From IMG/VR virus record IMGVR_UViG_3300027898_000001: a stretch of 64,000 nt of DNA. One strand, written 5' to 3'. The stretch comes from a virus (lineage: Duplodnaviria > Caudoviricetes). Below the pieces are notes generated by a model. It was not told the origin of the DNA. It worked only from the letters and a program-made list of their open reading frames with translations, and did no database searches. Both the position numbers and the translations under genes were made by a program. How positions within the stretch are numbered: position 1 is the stretch's first letter; every line of letters starts with the position of its first letter. Below are positions 9,987 through 19,309 of the stretch, piece by piece.

Positions 9987-11091
9987 TGGCTTTACTAATA
10001 ATACAGGTACTGTTACCTCATTCTCATTTACTAATGCTAATGGTTTCACAGGCAGCGTAAGTAATTCCGGAACTACTCCTACACTATCCCTTACGATGGC
10101 AACAGCGAGTGCTGTTATATCAGGTCAGTTGAGTAGCACAGACTGGACTACATTTAATAGTAAACAAGCTGGTAATGCGAACTTAACAAGTGTTGCTGCA
10201 TTATCAACGGCAGTTACCGGATTAGTTAAGTTTACTAACGGTGTGGCATCTTTTGATACTAGCTCTTATTTAACAGGTAACCAATCTATAGCAGTTTCTG
10301 GTGATGCAACTGGTAGTGGTACCACAGCTATTACATTAACCTTAGCTAACACAGGTGTTTCCGCAGGTTCATATTCTAAAGTAACTGTTGATGCCAAAGG
10401 TCGTGTTACTTCAGGTACTAATCCAACTACTCTGTCTGGTTATGGTATTACGGATGCGCAATCAGCACTATCCGGTACTGGTCTAGTTAAGAGCACTGCT
10501 GGTGTAATCACATACGATACCAACACCTACTTAACCGCTAACCAATCTATCACAGTATCTGGTGATGCAACTGGTAGTGGTACCAACGCTATAGCACTTA
10601 CTCTTGCGAATAGCGGAGTATCGGCTGGTACTTATAAATCGGTAACAGTGGACGCAAAAGGTAGAGTAACAGCAGCAACTAACCCAACAACTATTGCTGG
10701 TTATGGCATTACAGATGCAGTTAGTACAAGCACACCTATTGCTATGTCTAACCAACCTATCAGTGGCGTTAAAACTGTTACGTTTAACAGTCAACCAGTA
10801 TTAGCTACAACAACTGGCACTATCGCTGTAGACTGGACTGCTGCTAATGCTTACAAGCAGACACAACCTACTGGTGCTATCACTTACACGTTTACGAACC
10901 CTGCTGGTCCATGTCATTTACAAATGTACGTTGATTCTAGCGGTGCTAGTACAGCACAAACATTCACATGGCCAGCTGCTGTGATTTGGTTTGGTGCAGT
11001 ATGGGCAGGTGTGAACAACAAGAAAGCCATTATTAACTTCTGGTATGATGGTAGTGGTAACTACTATGCTACTGGCATGAATCAGGTGTAA
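8800..11091 (+). CDS. Tail fibre protein, 763 aa, paralogue of 7046-8695
   Basis: Shares a ~275-aa block with 7046-8695; different N- and C-termini. Confidence 0.85.
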   Translation: MLQDGIELAEGSEIKNDSVAKGSVFPDNSNTGELFYIDNTSNSNAVGLHVYGTSWKRLLEEGDSSGNASLPANTVAGTYKSVTVDATGIVLSGSNPTTLAGYGITDAQAALGFTPYNATNPNNYTSNLGSVTTFAFTSANGFTGSVSNSSTTPTLSLTLQSASATQAGQLSSTDWNTFNGKQAGNANLTSVAALSSASTGLVKFINGVASLDTNSYLTVAPVTSVAGRIGDITLAKADVGLSNVDNTSDTNKPVSTAQQTALNSKVDNSQLGVANGVATLGSDGKIASGQLPAAIVGATIYQGTWNASTNTPTLVAGTGTKGYYYKVSVAGNTSIDGNSNWTVGDIIIFDGVTWDAIQGGTSDVSSVFGRVGAVTLLSSDVTSALGFTPYNATNPNGFTNNTGTVTSFSFTNANGFTGSVSNSGTTPTLSLTMATASAVISGQLSSTDWTTFNSKQAGNANLTSVAALSTAVTGLVKFTNGVASFDTSSYLTGNQSIAVSGDATGSGTTAITLTLANTGVSAGSYSKVTVDAKGRVTSGTNPTTLSGYGITDAQSALSGTGLVKSTAGVITYDTNTYLTANQSITVSGDATGSGTNAIALTLANSGVSAGTYKSVTVDAKGRVTAATNPTTIAGYGITDAVSTSTPIAMSNQPISGVKTVTFNSQPVLATTTGTIAVDWTAANAYKQTQPTGAITYTFTNPAGPCHLQMYVDSSGASTAQTFTWPAAVIWFGAVWAGVNNKKAIINFWYDGSGNYYATGMNQV

Positions 11092-11096
11092 TTATT

Positions 11097-13127
11097 ATGG
11101 CTAATAGATTTTATATAGCAGCTAGTGCAAACCAGATTTGGGATGCCAGTAATACTGCATGCTGGTCAACTACAAGTGGAGGCGCTGGAGGCGCTTCTAT
11201 CCCTACCGCGTCGGATGCCGTAATCTTCGATGCAAACAGTGGAAGTTTTCAATGCAGTATAACAACAGGTATTTGTGCATCAATTACAACTACTAGTTAC
11301 CCTGGTACGTTAGTTTGGACCAATACATCAAGTACATTATCCTTATTAGGTTCGATGACGCTGACAAAAGTAATTGGCGGTGCTATCGGAACATTAAGTT
11401 TTGTTCCTACTACAGGTTCTTTTACTATAGCATCCGCAGGTTTTTTAAGCAATTCAAATATTGTATTTGGTACAGGCTCTAATGCTATCACATACACATT
11501 TAGTAGTGCTTTTTCTTGTCAGACTGTTACTATCAAGAATTTGTGTACCATAGTTACAAATGGTGCAACTTGTAACTTTGTAAACTTTAATACAAACACA
11601 GGTGCCGTATTCAGTCCAGCGACTTCGCCGATAACTGTAACTGGTACATTTAATCCAGCATCAGGTACATTTTCTAGTGCTACATCTAGTACGTTGAATG
11701 TTGTTACAGGCTGGAATGCAGCGTTGACTCTAGGGACAGTTAATATTACACCATTAGTATCCACTACGGTTAATATTCAGCAGAACTGTTCGTATACTAA
11801 CCTGCATTTAGTGCTGAACAATCTAAATGTTTATTTAGTTGATTTTTTCAACACAACCCAGACTGTAACAAGTGCGTTTTCTATGGCAGGTCAGGCCAAA
11901 TATCCAAGAGTACGCAATGTTACTATGTCTGTTAATGGTACAGTTTCAGGTAGTGCTGTATTACTGTCTAACTTTACCGCAGCCGGTTCAGCGAACTGGT
12001 TCACTAGCTTGCAAAGCCAGCATGTGGGTAATTTCCAAACTGGAAACGATGGTCCCGTATCCGGCTCTAGTATTACTCTCGATGCTGGTGTTTCAGTAAA
12101 TCAAATTGCTAGTGGTGATTGGTTCAGCTCATCTACGTGGTCTAATGGTTGGCCTCCACTTCCAGATGATTCTGTGACGCTGAGTCCGGGACTATCATTA
12201 ACTAACACATCTGGAAATCCTATATTTATACATGATATAACGTATAATGGTTCAGGTAATTATACTGCAACTAACTTGGGACCTATAACATTAAAAGCTG
12301 GATTAAGTACAGTTAATAACCCTGTACCCATATCTAATGGAAATTCAGGAGCATTTCCAGATTTAGTGTTGGGTTCACCTACAACAGGATCGTTTGGATT
12401 TGGTAGTGGTAATGGTTGGATCTATCTATCCTTGACTGTGGCCTGTATTTCCGGTGCTACGTATATAAACTCTAATAACTTTACAGTGCTAGGTGCACTT
12501 ACTGTTAATTCTGGAGGTATTTCACTTAGTGGTTCTACTGTATTACTAGGCAGTCTAGTAAGTACGTCTGGGTCGGTCAGAACAGCTAACCTAGGTGTAA
12601 ATACGCTGAAACTAACAGGGTCTGGTACTGTTTTGGATATGTCGTCCACAAACTTTACTTGGAACGCTCCAACAGTATTAACATTTGCACCTACAGCTTC
12701 ACCAGCGTCTGTTACGTTAAATGGTGGAAATTTAACCTACAATACACTGACTTTAGCAGGTGCGTCAATTACTACCTTTAATATAAACGGTAATAATACA
12801 TTTGCTAACTTGAACAGTACAAAAGCTGCTGCCCATAGTATTTTATTCGCATCTGGCAGCTCTAATACATTTGCAGGTTGGTCCGCCGCAGGTGCTGCTA
12901 GTTATCTAGTTACTATAGGTGCCCAATCTGGAACATTCACTCTTGTTAAATCTGGTGCTTCTGTCATATCGCTTGATTATATAAATGTGTCTAATTCTAA
13001 TGCGACACCTGCGAATAAATGGTCTGCAGGCACTAACTCGATTGATGGGGGTGGTAACACTGGTTGGATATTTACAGGTGCGGGTTCAGGTGCCTCTAAA
13101 GGTCTGTTCTTTGGAGCGTTCATTTAA
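11097..13127 (+). CDS. Putative receptor-binding/adhesin-like beta-rich fibre protein, 676 aa
   Basis: Very S/T/G/N-rich; internal repeat W...WS......P...D.V.; flanked by fibre genes. Confidence 0.65.
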   Translation: MANRFYIAASANQIWDASNTACWSTTSGGAGGASIPTASDAVIFDANSGSFQCSITTGICASITTTSYPGTLVWTNTSSTLSLLGSMTLTKVIGGAIGTLSFVPTTGSFTIASAGFLSNSNIVFGTGSNAITYTFSSAFSCQTVTIKNLCTIVTNGATCNFVNFNTNTGAVFSPATSPITVTGTFNPASGTFSSATSSTLNVVTGWNAALTLGTVNITPLVSTTVNIQQNCSYTNLHLVLNNLNVYLVDFFNTTQTVTSAFSMAGQAKYPRVRNVTMSVNGTVSGSAVLLSNFTAAGSANWFTSLQSQHVGNFQTGNDGPVSGSSITLDAGVSVNQIASGDWFSSSTWSNGWPPLPDDSVTLSPGLSLTNTSGNPIFIHDITYNGSGNYTATNLGPITLKAGLSTVNNPVPISNGNSGAFPDLVLGSPTTGSFGFGSGNGWIYLSLTVACISGATYINSNNFTVLGALTVNSGGISLSGSTVLLGSLVSTSGSVRTANLGVNTLKLTGSGTVLDMSSTNFTWNAPTVLTFAPTASPASVTLNGGNLTYNTLTLAGASITTFNINGNNTFANLNSTKAAAHSILFASGSSNTFAGWSAAGAASYLVTIGAQSGTFTLVKSGASVISLDYINVSNSNATPANKWSAGTNSIDGGGNTGWIFTGAGSGASKGLFFGAFI

Positions 13128-13140
13128 CAGTTATACCAAT

Positions 13141-13166
13141 AAGGGTACTATATAGTACCCTTTTCT
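13141..13166 (+). terminator. Intrinsic terminator
   Basis: AAGGGTACTA/TAGTACCCTT stem followed by TTCT after the 676-aa gene. Confidence 0.75.
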
Positions 13167-13185
13167 ATGCGCAGGAATATTCCTA

Positions 13186-14115
13186 ATGGCAAATACAATA
13201 TTAGTTAAACGATCCGCAGTACAAAATAAAACACCTCTCGTGACAGATTTAAGTCTTGGTGAGTTCGCTATAAATACCTATGATGGTAAAGTGTATATCA
13301 AGAAAAACAATGGTGCAGACGCTATTGTAGATATTACTGCAAATCAAACAGTTACAATTTCTGGTGATGCAACTGGATCTGGTACAACTTCTATTACGAT
13401 GACGTTGGCTACAACAGGCGTAACAGCAGGTACTTATAACAACGTGACCGTCGACGCTAAGGGTAGAGTAACTTCAGGATCAAACACTTCTTATTTAACA
13501 GCAGTACCTGTAGCAACATCTTCTGCATTGGGTGGAGTTAAAGTAGGTACAAATATTGCAATAGCTGGAGATGGTACTATATCTGTACCAACATTACCGG
13601 CTAGTGCAGTAACAGGGCTTGCGACTGTTGCAACAACAGGTAACTTTTCGGATTTAAATGGAGCAACGAAAAATCTATTCGTTGCTAGTGTATCTACCAA
13701 TGCTGTTTACACCAATTTGAATACCTGGGTAGATCAAGCGCTAGATGTGGAATATATAAAAGATTCGGCATTCACACACTCTACAACAACTACTAATAGC
13801 ATAGTTACTATAACAAAAGCGGGTCGCTATAGATTGACTGTACAGGCTAGTGCGTTTCGATCAACAGGGTCTAGTGTTAGTTGGGGATTGCGTATAGCGT
13901 CTGCCCCAACTTCTACTGGCACTTACACGCAATTGCAGTCAGCATCTGCCTACAGTATAGCGAATGCTGCGAGTATTTTGCAAAGTTGTATACTTGCCGA
14001 AGCTATTGTTTCCGTGACAGCAGGACAATCATTTAAAATACAAGGTGGACTAACGACAGTTGGTGGTGTAACTTTACCTCCAGCCTCATTCATTTTTACT
14101 ATTCAAGAGCTGTAA
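13186..14115 (+). CDS. Short tail fibre protein, 309 aa, gp37-like N-terminus and C1q/TNF-like beta C-terminus
   Basis: First 50 aa closely match 7046-8695; the C-terminal beta-rich domain has ITKAGRYRLTV. Confidence 0.8.
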   Translation: MANTILVKRSAVQNKTPLVTDLSLGEFAINTYDGKVYIKKNNGADAIVDITANQTVTISGDATGSGTTSITMTLATTGVTAGTYNNVTVDAKGRVTSGSNTSYLTAVPVATSSALGGVKVGTNIAIAGDGTISVPTLPASAVTGLATVATTGNFSDLNGATKNLFVASVSTNAVYTNLNTWVDQALDVEYIKDSAFTHSTTTTNSIVTITKAGRYRLTVQASAFRSTGSSVSWGLRIASAPTSTGTYTQLQSASAYSIANAASILQSCILAEAIVSVTAGQSFKIQGGLTTVGGVTLPPASFIFTIQEL

Positions 14116-14117
14116 GT

Positions 14118-14792
14118 ATGTTATATATAATCTGGGATTCGGAAAATTCTACTGTTGTTGGAGATTCATTTGAACTCACAGTAGATCAAAGTTTATTAGA
14201 TGTTGATGTACGTATAACACAGAATATTTATCCGTACGTTATAACTCTACCTGATGGTTATAATGCTAATATGCACGATCATAGTCCTATGATATATACA
14301 TTAGCTAATGGTATAGTTACAGCCACATTTACTTATGTTTATAAATCTTTAAGTGAAGTGCAGACATACATCACTTCCTTGTTTACAGATTATCGTGACA
14401 ACTTATTTCTGAGTGGTTTCTATTACGGTGGTGCACACTTTCAATCGGATAAAGATTCGAGAGACAATTGGACAGCAGCAGTTACTATGATTGCAACAAC
14501 TGCTACTATCAATGGAATCACGGTAGATCAATTGAGTGCTCTTCCTGGATACCAAGAATGGACAAAGTATGACAATACAACAGCATACTTTAAACGTGCG
14601 GAATTAGTTCAATGCGGACTAGCTTTAGGTGCTTGGAGTAGTTCAGTTATTAGATTGTGTAGATTAAAGAAGAACCTAGTTTTAGCTGCAACTACACCTG
14701 ACGATGCGTGGAAAGTTTGGACATCAAATGTATTAACTGATTGGCCAAACAATGATTTCGGTAAGACGTTTGAGCTAACTCAACCTAATTAA
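14118..14792 (+). CDS. Tail fibre assembly/chaperone-like protein (DUF4376-like)
   Basis: Directly follows a fibre gene; R......GF.Y.G..FQSD..SR.N pattern. Confidence 0.65.
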   Translation: MLYIIWDSENSTVVGDSFELTVDQSLLDVDVRITQNIYPYVITLPDGYNANMHDHSPMIYTLANGIVTATFTYVYKSLSEVQTYITSLFTDYRDNLFLSGFYYGGAHFQSDKDSRDNWTAAVTMIATTATINGITVDQLSALPGYQEWTKYDNTTAYFKRAELVQCGLALGAWSSSVIRLCRLKKNLVLAATTPDDAWKVWTSNVLTDWPNNDFGKTFELTQPN

Positions 14793-15203
14793 TCCCTCCA
14801 ATTTATTTAGATCCTTGTCATCATACTGCTCATCAATAATACCAGATTTAAGTAACATATTTTTAAATCTGGTATTATCTTTCTGAGCGAATCTCTTTGA
14901 CAATTCAGTTATCGAGTATTCCACATCTGGTACCCAACTTCCTTCAACTACATACCCATTTATATAAATGACTTCTACACGTTTCATTACATCTTTAAAC
15001 TGCTGACACAATGTTATCGTGACAAATAACTCTTTTGCAGATTTTAGAATACGGAATTCATAAAACACTATTTCACAAGTTGCGCTCTTTACAGGTGCGG
15101 ATAATGAAATAAGATTTTCGGTACGTACAGGCTTTAGGTTCAATTCTCGCGCTAATCTCTTTGTAAAATCAATTACTGTTTTGTTGTTCAGTATCTCAGA
15201 CAT
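14775..15203 (-). CDS. Hypothetical protein
   Basis: 142-aa ORF, last gene of the minus-strand island, overlapping convergently with 14118-14792. Confidence 0.7.
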   Translation of the reverse strand: MSEILNNKTVIDFTKRLARELNLKPVRTENLISLSAPVKSATCEIVFYEFRILKSAKELFVTITLCQQFKDVMKRVEVIYINGYVVEGSWVPDVEYSITELSKRFAQKDNTRFKNMLLKSGIIDEQYDDKDLNKLEGLIRLS

Positions 15204-16415
15204 TTACAAACTTCCTATAAACTTCTTAATATCTTTATTTAAGTTGGTGAATACAGTTTTCAATTCTTCGTTTGTTGGTTCGCTGCCTTGCAAAGCAGTG
15301 TATAGCATATTCATATTGCTAAGAATTCTTTCTAAGCTAGGCACTTCATTTATAATGTCAACTCTATCTTTAATATCAGTTACATTGCCTGCCAGCATTA
15401 TTTCATTTGCGGTCATGCACGATATTTGAATTGCTCGTGACCGCTGATACTTACTCAGAGGACTTTCTTTTATAACACAATCGCACAATTCATGGTAATC
15501 TTCCATTCGTATAGCAGAATGATTCTCACCTATAAATAGATTTCGCACATTGTACGTTAAACTACCGTAGTGACCATACGGATTAATAGCTGCGACAACA
15601 CTTGGAGCATCCACAGCTAAAATAATGTTGTTGTGATTCACATATACTTTTATTGCAGATACACGTAAACTTATTTTATGTTTTACCAACTTTACCGGAG
15701 TGCCTAATAGTTCTGAAATATTATCAGCACTATCTACAATTTGTGCAGACTTTATTTTCGCAGGTACTTCTTTTGATAATACCTTTATCTCTGCTTTCTT
15801 TGAAACATCTTCTGCTGATGCTGCTACTACAGCAACCACTGGCTGTTCTTGGCATATTTTTGTTTCTATAGTTTCAGGCACTTTAACTGGCATTTCTTTT
15901 ACAGGATCATCTTCCCGTAATTTTCTTTGAAATGTATTCCATGATTTCTTAACGGCCTCACTAGGTGATTCTTTCTTTTCTGGTTGTACAGATGCTTCAA
16001 AGAATTTCTTAGCATTCTCCACATGTACATCGCGTATAACTTCTTTAACCATACATTCTGGTGCTGTTGGACGTTGTACATTTTTCTTAGGTGTTTTTAG
16101 TGTACGTAACATATCCTCTATCTCCTGTATTCTTGTTTTGTCTGGCCGCATTGTACTTAGTTTCTCTATAAACGCATCTAAATAGTCTACGTCATACATA
16201 AACACAGTCATAGCCGCACCTGCTTGTTCCTCTAAACAATTATCCAGCTCGCGCATAATAAAGATTTCTGCTGCGCCTTGTGAGCAACTGCATACGTACC
16301 TGATTATCGCTGCGGCCGAAATATATTTAGTTCCAGAGTCCTTATCTAAGTATATAATAAAACTCTTACCTGAAGCTAATTGCAGTTTTTCTTGTTCGTA
16401 ATTAGTTATGCTCAT
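15204..16415 (-). CDS. Hypothetical protein, possibly with two Bro/KilA-like DNA-binding domains joined by a charged linker
   Basis: 403 aa; YISAAAII and AVDAPSVV segments, K/E-rich middle. Family call is weak. Confidence 0.6.
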   Translation of the reverse strand: MSITNYEQEKLQLASGKSFIIYLDKDSGTKYISAAAIIRYVCSCSQGAAEIFIMRELDNCLEEQAGAAMTVFMYDVDYLDAFIEKLSTMRPDKTRIQEIEDMLRTLKTPKKNVQRPTAPECMVKEVIRDVHVENAKKFFEASVQPEKKESPSEAVKKSWNTFQRKLREDDPVKEMPVKVPETIETKICQEQPVVAVVAASAEDVSKKAEIKVLSKEVPAKIKSAQIVDSADNISELLGTPVKLVKHKISLRVSAIKVYVNHNNIILAVDAPSVVAAINPYGHYGSLTYNVRNLFIGENHSAIRMEDYHELCDCVIKESPLSKYQRSRAIQISCMTANEIMLAGNVTDIKDRVDIINEVPSLERILSNMNMLYTALQGSEPTNEELKTVFTNLNKDIKKFIGSL

Positions 16416-16459
16416 TGTGTTATCCTAAAAAGACATCCGTGTCATTAAATTAAATCAAA

Positions 16460-17707
16460 CTAAATTGCCATAGGTGTAGGGTTTTCTAACTTGCCTTTAT
16501 TCTTGTAACCAACAAACTTATAGTCGTCCGCAGTAGAGTTTTCTAAATCTTCCAATGTTTTGATGATAGGGTTAATTAAGAAACGTCCTCTGTTTTCTTC
16601 ATGAGGACCGCGTTCGATTTGCTCTCTAGCTGCATCCAAGTGTGTAACATAAATATGCGTATCACCAGTAAGATAAAATAAACTGCCAGGTGCAGTGTTC
16701 GTCACACGTGCCATCTTGTTCAACATCATATCGTAGCTTGCGATATTGAATGGACTTCCCAATACAAAATCGGCACTTCTCTGAAACATGATTAAGTCTA
16801 AACGGTGTCTGGGTACGTTCAAACTGTCCAATACTTCGTGTGTGAAAACGTCCCTTGAGAAAGCAGCTTTTGACACATTTGAATATATCCAATCGCCAAA
16901 TACTGTTAATTCTTTCTGTCTTGAAAGTCTTTCATTTCCATACCATTCTACATCATGTGTAACTCTTGCGTGTAATGCTTGTACGCGCTCGTGTAACATC
17001 AATTCAGTACACAAGTATTGCTGCAATACATGACAAGCAGGTAAAGCTATTTGCTCCAACACTGCTGGATTCCAACCTAAAACTAAAACACGGCGGCTGT
17101 TAGGTGATTTAATGATAGTATCTACAGCGTTCTTCAATTGATCTACTTCACGATACAGTACAAACACCGTAACTTTCTTTGTATCCAATTGCTTTGAATA
17201 CGTACCATCTAGTCGGTACCCCAATTTGATGTAATGTCTAAACATCTTATGTTCTTGTTCTTGTTTTAACTGACGTTCAGTTGTTGCTGATATGGGTCCG
17301 CGATTAACATCATCTGCAATTAATTCTTCACACTCAAACAACACGGTATCTTTCCAGCGACGCCACTGAGCACCATAAATAGGACCTAGATCGTCTGTAC
17401 CTTTACGAAATGTATTACTCAACCAAGCATTTGGATTAACACCATGTTCGTTAGCATTCTCGTACCATACGTTACAACCAGCAGCGCCAAAATCGGCAGC
17501 ACTTGTTTTACCTTGAATGAAACAACGTAGTTCACCAAGAACACTTTTAAGTGGTAATGATTTACTAGATACTGCATTTAAAGTAGTGCCGTAGTTAGTG
17601 TTGTATTCTGTTAGATTAACTACTTTACCTAGTGTATCAACACCAGTTCTGTTTTCGCGCACAGGACACGTAAGTAATTCTTCGACTGTTTTTAAATATG
17701 CTTCCAC
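16460..17707 (-). CDS. thyA: Thymidylate synthase ThyA with two large insertions
   Basis: LGPIYGAQWR, WNP, ALPACH, QRSAD..LG.PFNIASY, GDTHIY; 415 aa. Confidence 0.95.
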   Translation of the reverse strand: MEAYLKTVEELLTCPVRENRTGVDTLGKVVNLTEYNTNYGTTLNAVSSKSLPLKSVLGELRCFIQGKTSAADFGAAGCNVWYENANEHGVNPNAWLSNTFRKGTDDLGPIYGAQWRRWKDTVLFECEELIADDVNRGPISATTERQLKQEQEHKMFRHYIKLGYRLDGTYSKQLDTKKVTVFVLYREVDQLKNAVDTIIKSPNSRRVLVLGWNPAVLEQIALPACHVLQQYLCTELMLHERVQALHARVTHDVEWYGNERLSRQKELTVFGDWIYSNVSKAAFSRDVFTHEVLDSLNVPRHRLDLIMFQRSADFVLGSPFNIASYDMMLNKMARVTNTAPGSLFYLTGDTHIYVTHLDAAREQIERGPHEENRGRFLINPIIKTLEDLENSTADDYKFVGYKNKGKLENPTPMAI

Positions 17708-17722
17708 GTACTTCTCCTAGAG

Positions 17723-18271
17723 TTATCTACTAAAGCCTTGAAGTTTTGTTAGTTCTGTTCCGTGTGCTGTCCAGAATCTCTTTACAAACTCCGCAAATTG
17801 ATTCTTTTCATTTTTATACGCAAGCTGTAGCCAATTTATTGCAGGTATTACGTTATCATCACGGAAATCAGCTATATACAATTTAAAAGAGTCACACTTT
17901 ATACTTTGATCTATAATCTTCTCGAAAAATTTGCTACGCGCACTTTGAGGTATTTGTGCAGTTGCTAACACAATATCAATGATTAAACTTGCACCAGGCT
18001 CATCCAAATTGTTATACGCTAGTTTGAATCCTACTTCCTTTGCAGCTTTTCTTTGCTCCATAGAAACACCATGCTTACCTGCCACATTCTGAGCAACCTC
18101 AGTCCATAGGTCGGGCAGTGTGCTACCTACAGCATCGTCATAGTCAACTCTACTGTAACTATCAATGAGATTGTGCAACGCATCTCGCAGTTGTTTCTGT
18201 GCGTACAATTGTTTAACGGATACCATTCTTTCTTGTGGAAGTTCTTTTGTTTCTTTCTGTGCTTTAGCCAT
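17723..18271 (-). CDS. Hypothetical protein
   Basis: 182-aa ORF with AAGGT RBS in the minus-strand operon. Confidence 0.75.
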   Translation of the reverse strand: MAKAQKETKELPQERMVSVKQLYAQKQLRDALHNLIDSYSRVDYDDAVGSTLPDLWTEVAQNVAGKHGVSMEQRKAAKEVGFKLAYNNLDEPGASLIIDIVLATAQIPQSARSKFFEKIIDQSIKCDSFKLYIADFRDDNVIPAINWLQLAYKNEKNQFAEFVKRFWTAHGTELTKLQGFSR

Positions 18272-18283
18272 ATAATATACCTT

Positions 18284-18535
18284 TTAAAATTCAGCGTTGT
18301 TTACGAAATCTTCATTCAAATTCAACATAGTGGCTTCCAATAACACAGATCGCACTTTGTTTTCTTTGAACCTCAATGAATGTGTTCTATCCTGATTATC
18401 TGCTTTCGCTACTTCTGTGTAGAAATTTTTACCTGCTTCCTGATAAGCCTTTTCTAGCTTACGAAACGCAATATAAAACTCTTTTTGTGTATCGTCTATT
18501 TTCTGGTTCGATTTTGATTTGGTTAGATCAAACAT
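18284..18535 (-). CDS. Hypothetical protein
   Basis: 83-aa ORF with AAGGAG RBS; first gene of the island. Confidence 0.75.
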   Translation of the reverse strand: MFDLTKSKSNQKIDDTQKEFYIAFRKLEKAYQEAGKNFYTEVAKADNQDRTHSLRFKENKVRSVLLEATMLNLNEDFVNNAEF

Positions 18536-18556
18536 AGTATTTTCTCCTTGTACTAT

Positions 18557-18570
18557 TTATTTACAGTTTT
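18557..18570 (-). promoter_or_regulatory. Putative phage promoter AAAACTGTAAATAA
   Basis: Intergenic, 21 nt before the ATG at 18535; the identical 14-mer lies 20 nt before the ATG at 61765; core TGTAAATA resembles the T4 late TATAAATA. Confidence 0.55.
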
Positions 18571-18624
18571 GCACCTATATTTTTCACGATAATTTACATG
18601 CACAAAACCTATTAGGAGAATTTC

Positions 18625-18921
18625 ATGTCATACGGTGCAGTTAGATTAGGTGCAGATTCTACGACTGGACACGGATGCTTTCCCCCAAGTAAAACAGCTA
18701 CTGGTAGTACGACTGTGTTCACCGACCAGATGCCTACAGTTCGTATGTCAGATCAATACGCTTTACATTGTTGTCCTGCTATGGGTTGTCACACACCTAC
18801 AGCTAGCCAAGGCAGTCAAACTACTTTCAGTGATGGTCTTGCAAAACATTTGATGATGCACCAATGTAGTTGTGGCGATAAAGCCGCTACTGGTTCAATG
18901 ACAACTTTCGCAGGATTCTAA
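18625..18921 (+). CDS. PAAR-like baseplate spike tip (T4 gp5.4-like)
   Basis: AVRLGAD.TTGHGCFPP...GS.TVF.....VR..D....HCC...CH...CSCGD. Confidence 0.9.
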   Translation: MSYGAVRLGADSTTGHGCFPPSKTATGSTTVFTDQMPTVRMSDQYALHCCPAMGCHTPTASQGSQTTFSDGLAKHLMMHQCSCGDKAATGSMTTFAGF

Positions 18922-18925
18922 TATC

Positions 18926-19309
18926 ATGGCTGCAACATATTCCGATATATCATTTTCTATTGACTACGTTCCAAATGAAATAGTCGCAGATGCTGATGCT
19001 ATTAATCAAAACATAACTATTATATTTGACACACCAATAAGATCAAAGTGGTTTAGACCTAGAAATGGTTCTAATGTGAATCGTTGGTTATTTGACCCTA
19101 TTGATGATGTGACTGCTCAGAATATTAAACATGATATGGAACTAGCGTTATATAATAACCAAGAGTTTCGTGTACAATTCACAAGTATTGTGGTAATTCC
19201 TGATTACGACAATACGCAATATTATGTTGAGATACAGTATATAGCACCTGAATTAGAAAAACAAAATCAAACATTTGTATTTAACTTATCCAGAGGTATA
19301 GCATCGTGA
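18926..19309 (+). CDS. Baseplate wedge protein, T4 gp25-like
   Basis: YSDISF...D.DAINQ.I..I..T...S.WFRP..GS.....LFDPID pattern; lies between PAAR and gp6. Confidence 0.85.
   Translation: MAATYSDISFSIDYVPNEIVADADAINQNITIIFDTPIRSKWFRPRNGSNVNRWLFDPIDDVTAQNIKHDMELALYNNQEFRVQFTSIVVIPDYDNTQYYVEIQYIAPELEKQNQTFVFNLSRGIAS

Noticed and set aside
7046-11091. Diversity-generating retroelement (TR/VR) in the paralogous fibre genes
   Set aside because: Differences between copies are not adenine-specific, both copies are coding, and no reverse transcriptase is present in the window.
16460-17707. dCMP hydroxymethylase (modified-base pathway), or intein/intron in thyA
   Set aside because: The dUMP-specifying Asn (PFNIASY) is retained. 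The inserts lack C/S...HN intein ends and LAGLIDADG/HNH motifs, and the frame is uninterrupted.
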